Assembly (NCBI GenBank): GCA_964447495.1
Contig: CAYUTF010000060.1
Coordinates: forward strand, 1-20,206
From: an uncultured archaeon
GTDB taxonomy: Archaea; Asgardarchaeota; Lokiarchaeia; Sigyniarchaeales; SOKP01
Length of the DNA: 20,206 nucleotides
Reading direction: 5' to 3'
The position numbers and the translations under genes were made by a program. This document shows, one piece after another, positions 16,888 through 20,206 of the stretch; position 1 is the first letter of the stretch; the number at the start of each line of letters is the position of its first letter. The notes under the pieces are model-generated. The model made no database searches, was not told the origin of the DNA, and saw only the letters and a list, made by a program, of their open reading frames with translations.

Positions 16888-17035
16888 TTAGTATTACAAA
16901 AGCATAAATTTTGTTATTCAAAAAACATATCTTATGATTATTTGATGAATTGTTATTACAAAAAAACAATTTGTTGTACTTATTTGATGAATTGTTAATA
17001 CAAAAATAAATAAAACGTTAATTTTGTAATCAAAA
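16888..17035. repeat. Intergenic array of imperfect palindromes TTGTTATTACAA including a 27-bp direct repeat
   Basis: TTATTTGATGAATTGTTA(T/A)TACAAAAA at 16938-16964 and 16980-17006; core variants at 16888, 16911, 16950, 16971, 16992 and 17024. Confidence 0.75.
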
Positions 17036-17138
17036 TAGACTATACATAATGTTTAAATATTAGAAAAACACATTCATTATTTGGATTTCAATTTGCATTC
17101 TTAGGTGGTTAAGAAAAGTTAAATTTGTGTAATATGCA

Positions 17139-17918
17139 ATGGATATAGATACTGAAGATGAAATAGTTCTGAGCCGATTTTCTAAGATTATTGCTGGGAT
17201 TCTGCTAGGGTTTTTTGCATCTTTAATTATAGTCCTTGCGCTAGGAGTTGGTGGATTTCAAGTGTTTTCCCACAGTGGTGTTTCACCCATAAATATGGCG
17301 ACACCAATAAACACTGCCGGAAACACTACGCCCGAGTTACCTCCCATAGAGGGCGATGTCTGGGAATTCTTTCCCGAGCCAGGAGCTGAAGGATGTTATG
17401 ATGTATGTCATGATACTGAAGCTGGTAGAATGAATATTTATTATGATATTCCTGATGTATTCCCTCTCTGCATAGACGAGGCTTATATTGATGCAAATTT
17501 TGGATTAAAAGTAGGGTCTTTCGGTGGTTATCATCCTGAAGATCTTGGTTACAATATGATGTATATAAATCAACCAAAGACCGGATTAGGTGGTGCTGTT
17601 AAAATTACATGGACAGAAGTTGGCATTGTTCAAGGGCCATTAGGTTGCGATACTGTCCTGTATGAAGCTTCATTCGATTTAGTTGATGGACCTATACAAA
17701 TTGATAGTAATCATTTACCAGAACCCGTTTGTGTTTCTGGCTGTGACATTCCATTCATGCTTGATTGTCCTGCTTCAGAAAACCTAGGTAAATGGGTAAT
17801 GGTCACGATCATAACCAGCTGGGAAGGCTGTCATGATTTAGATCAAAAATTCCAGTTAATTCTGGCACATTTGAGTGAAATATGTCCCCAGAATCCCCAA
17901 CTCCCAATGAATATATAA
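17139..17918 (+). CDS. Hypothetical exported or membrane-anchored acidic Cys-rich protein
   Basis: N-terminal hydrophobic segment IIAGILLGFFASLIIVLALGVGG, Pro/Thr linker, nine Cys, acidic composition, higher GC than its flanks. Confidence 0.75.
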   Translation: MDIDTEDEIVLSRFSKIIAGILLGFFASLIIVLALGVGGFQVFSHSGVSPINMATPINTAGNTTPELPPIEGDVWEFFPEPGAEGCYDVCHDTEAGRMNIYYDIPDVFPLCIDEAYIDANFGLKVGSFGGYHPEDLGYNMMYINQPKTGLGGAVKITWTEVGIVQGPLGCDTVLYEASFDLVDGPIQIDSNHLPEPVCVSGCDIPFMLDCPASENLGKWVMVTIITSWEGCHDLDQKFQLILAHLSEICPQNPQLPMNI

Positions 17919-17959
17919 TTATTCATTTGTTAGTATGAATGCAATTGTCTATCCTATAC

Positions 17960-17975
17960 TTTTTTTTTTTTTTTT
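17960..17975 (+). terminator. Oligo-T terminator candidate
   Basis: 16 consecutive T about 40 nt after the stop of 17139..17918. Confidence 0.5.
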
Positions 17976-18413
17976 CTTGATAAACGACTTCATTAGTTTT
18001 ATTTCATTTATATTTTAATGTTTTAAAGTAAAATTTTCTTTATTTTTTCTTCTTAAATAATATATTATAACTCATTTTAACTCTTTTTATGATAGTAAGA
18101 TACATACATCTATAGTAATGTAAAAGATTGATTATAAAAATTCCATTATTATATTTAGTATTAGGGAATTTTAAATTAAAATAAAATCCTAATTCTACCT
18201 AAGTACATAAGTAGATAACTCATTTTCTATTTTCTTTTAATTAAATTGATGATTTTGTCTTTCTAACAATTAAGATTAGAAACCAATTTTTATTTTTCAT
18301 TTTACTAATATGAAAAAAAGGAATTATTAAAGCATTAACATAGATTTAAATACTTTTCCATCAAAGTAATTTTATCTTTTAAAAAGAAATTTTAAAAAGA
18401 GAGGGTTGAAAAA

Positions 18414-20206
18414 ATGAATACCCAATTTAAAAAAAAAATAGTTTTACTAGTAACTTTAATAGGCATATTTATGCTTATAGGATTTATTCCTTTCGAAAGA
18501 AATGCAAATATAATAAATAGGTTTGGTAATTCGGTAATTGATGATGATACTATAGATGATATAAGAAAATCAGATTATTGGCCTGATCTTACATTTATCC
18601 ATATCGATGGCAATTGGTCGTATACAGTGGGTAATTATACTTGGTGTTCAGGATCAGGGGTGTGGAATGACCCATATCTTATTGAGAATGTATCTGTTAA
18701 TGCTGGCGGGACAAATCATGGTATATTCATTAATAATTCGAAATCTGAATATTTTATAATTCGAAATTCCACGGTTCGTAATTCAGGATCTAGTCCCACG
18801 GACGCGGGAATAAGATTAGAAAACACTAATAATGGAACAATAATTAATAGCGATTTTTCAACTAATAATCTTGGAATCTTATTATTGAATAGTGATAACA
18901 ATACGATTTCTAATAATAACGTAAGTAATTGTAATTCCGGAGATTATGGATATGGAATAGAGTTAGATCAAGGTAGCGACGATAATATCATTTCTGGAAA
19001 CATCGTACATAATAACCATAAATATGGAATAGTGGTGAGCAATAGTGATAGAAATAATATCTCTGAAAATGATATCTATAAGAATGGTCTTGATGGTATT
19101 TATATTTATCAGTCTGATGATTGTATAGTGTGGGGTAATTCTCTCAAAAATAATACTAGATATGGAGTAGATCTGTGGAAATGTGATAATACTCTCGTCT
19201 ATGACAATTATTTTATAGGAAATGAGCTATCAAATGCTTGGGATCAAAGTACTTTTGATAATTATTGGAATAACACTAACATAGGTAATTATTGGGATAA
19301 TTATACTGGTGTTGACTCAGATGACGATGGTATTGGAGATACGCCTTATACTTATCTTTTAAAAACTTTCCCAGATTATCTCCCAATATTTGGAGATCCC
19401 TTCCATGATGGCAGCAAAATTCATATTGATGGGAATCAGATTAGTGGAAATAAAAGTTGGATATGGTCATCAACTCGTGCTTGGTGTTCTGGTTCTGGAA
19501 CATTAGATGATCCTTATATTATATCGGATTTAGAAATAGATGCTGGCGATGTTGGAAATTGTATTTTAATTGGAAACTCGAGTGTGTATTTTAAAATTGA
19601 AAATTGTCTACTTACTAATTCAGGATCTAGTTCCATGGACGCGGGAATCAAATTAGATAATGTTATTAATGCTGAATTAATTGGAAATAATTGTTCTGAT
19701 AATTATTGTGGTATATGTTTAGATTTGAGTGATAATAATGATATTACGGAGAATATATTACAAGGCAATTACTATGGAATCCGTCTGAACTATAGTGATT
19801 CTAACACAATTTCGGAAAATAATTTTATATATAACACTGAGAATGCTCTCCAAGAAAATAGTGTAGGGAATATATTTGAAAATAATTATTGTACACCTTC
19901 TCTAACAATAATCAATGTTAGCTCAACTAATACCAATGGAACTTATAGGTATGAGGATGTAATCGAAATTACGATAGAATTTTCTGATTCAGTCTATGTT
20001 ACAGGCAATCCACAATTGACTCTTGAAACAGATGTTACTGATGCTGTTGTTGATTATACAAGTGGAGATGGGACAGATACATTATCCTTCAACTATACAG
20101 TTGAGTTGGACCATTATTCTTCCGATCTTGATTACATTTCAACTGATGCATTAGATTTAAATGGTGGAATGATAGAGGGTATTGTTGGAAACGCTGCTGA
20201 TTTAAC
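18414..20206 (+). CDS. Large cell-surface protein with two NosD-type right-handed beta-helix modules and a bacterial-type Ig-like repeat; truncated by window end (not in ORF track)
   Basis: GAGGGTTGA SD then ATG 18414: MNTQFKKKIVLLVTLIGIFMLIGF signal/anchor; IHIDGN..WCSGSG...DPY.I module twice; GIxLxxSxxNxIxxN repeats; GNYWDNYTGVDSDDDGIGDTPY; then VTGNPQLTLET...YTSGDGTDTLSFNYTV...DLDY...LDLNGG; no stop seen. Confidence 0.9.
   Translation, partial: MNTQFKKKIVLLVTLIGIFMLIGFIPFERNANIINRFGNSVIDDDTIDDIRKSDYWPDLTFIHIDGNWSYTVGNYTWCSGSGVWNDPYLIENVSVNAGGTNHGIFINNSKSEYFIIRNSTVRNSGSSPTDAGIRLENTNNGTIINSDFSTNNLGILLLNSDNNTISNNNVSNCNSGDYGYGIELDQGSDDNIISGNIVHNNHKYGIVVSNSDRNNISENDIYKNGLDGIYIYQSDDCIVWGNSLKNNTRYGVDLWKCDNTLVYDNYFIGNELSNAWDQSTFDNYWNNTNIGNYWDNYTGVDSDDDGIGDTPYTYLLKTFPDYLPIFGDPFHDGSKIHIDGNQISGNKSWIWSSTRAWCSGSGTLDDPYIISDLEIDAGDVGNCILIGNSSVYFKIENCLLTNSGSSSMDAGIKLDNVINAELIGNNCSDNYCGICLDLSDNNDITENILQGNYYGIRLNYSDSNTISENNFIYNTENALQENSVGNIFENNYCTPSLTIINVSSTNTNGTYRYEDVIEITIEFSDSVYVTGNPQLTLETDVTDAVVDYTSGDGTDTLSFNYTVELDHYSSDLDYISTDALDLNGGMIEGIVGNAADL

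Noticed and set aside
16938-17006. Possible mini-CRISPR array
   Set aside because: Only two full copies with a 15-nt gap, too short for a spacer, and no cas genes in the window.
17139-17918. Call as a c-type cytochrome
   Set aside because: The motif is CX3CH, not canonical CXXCH, and occurs once; kept only as an unproven possibility.
17919-18413. Hidden small gene or RNA in the long intergenic region; 12-bp repeat ATAACTCATTTT at 18067 and 18215
   Set aside because: Extremely AT-rich, with no credible ORF or GC-rich stem; the short repeat is plausible by chance.
466-18901. Other short ORFs overlapping real genes (e.g. 466, 785, 2469, 5492, 6038, 7190, 7718, 8663, 9094, 9406, 10131, 10159, 10265, 12300, 12633, 14564, 17326, 18716)
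   Set aside because: All are antisense or out-of-frame overlaps of well-supported genes and show no recognisable motifs.
18779-19660. Diversity-generating retroelement TR/VR pair
   Set aside because: The repeat is too short, mismatches include C/T changes rather than being adenine-specific, and no reverse transcriptase is visible.

Overview
AT-rich archaeal window that looks like Asgard (Lokiarchaeia-type) DNA, inferred from a Rab-like small GTPase, an SDS22-like LRR membrane protein, NosD-type beta-helix surface repeats and T-tract terminators. In order it holds: a partial membrane protein, a Zn-ribbon protein, a Rab-like GTPase with a degenerate P-loop (GKE), three tandem RimJ/RimL-type GNATs, pirin, a DUF2585-like membrane protein, an LRR-TM protein and a flavodoxin/Zn-ribbon fusion. 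Next come an Hsp70 locus with grpE divergent from dnaK-dnaJ and a staygreen homolog. The most interesting element is a three-gene cluster (11659-16722) of two large paralogs built as HhH DNA-binding module / low-complexity linker / putative Bro1-like domain / putative ESCRT-I steadiness-box-like hairpin. They flank a membrane-anchored putative tandem winged-helix protein and share a position-identical upstream promoter motif. I propose this as a candidate DNA-to-ESCRT membrane-remodelling adaptor system; the domain calls are by-eye alignments to remembered sequences and need HHpred/structure confirmation. The window ends with a Cys-rich exported orphan behind a repeat array and a truncated beta-helix/Ig-like surface protein that the ORF track missed.
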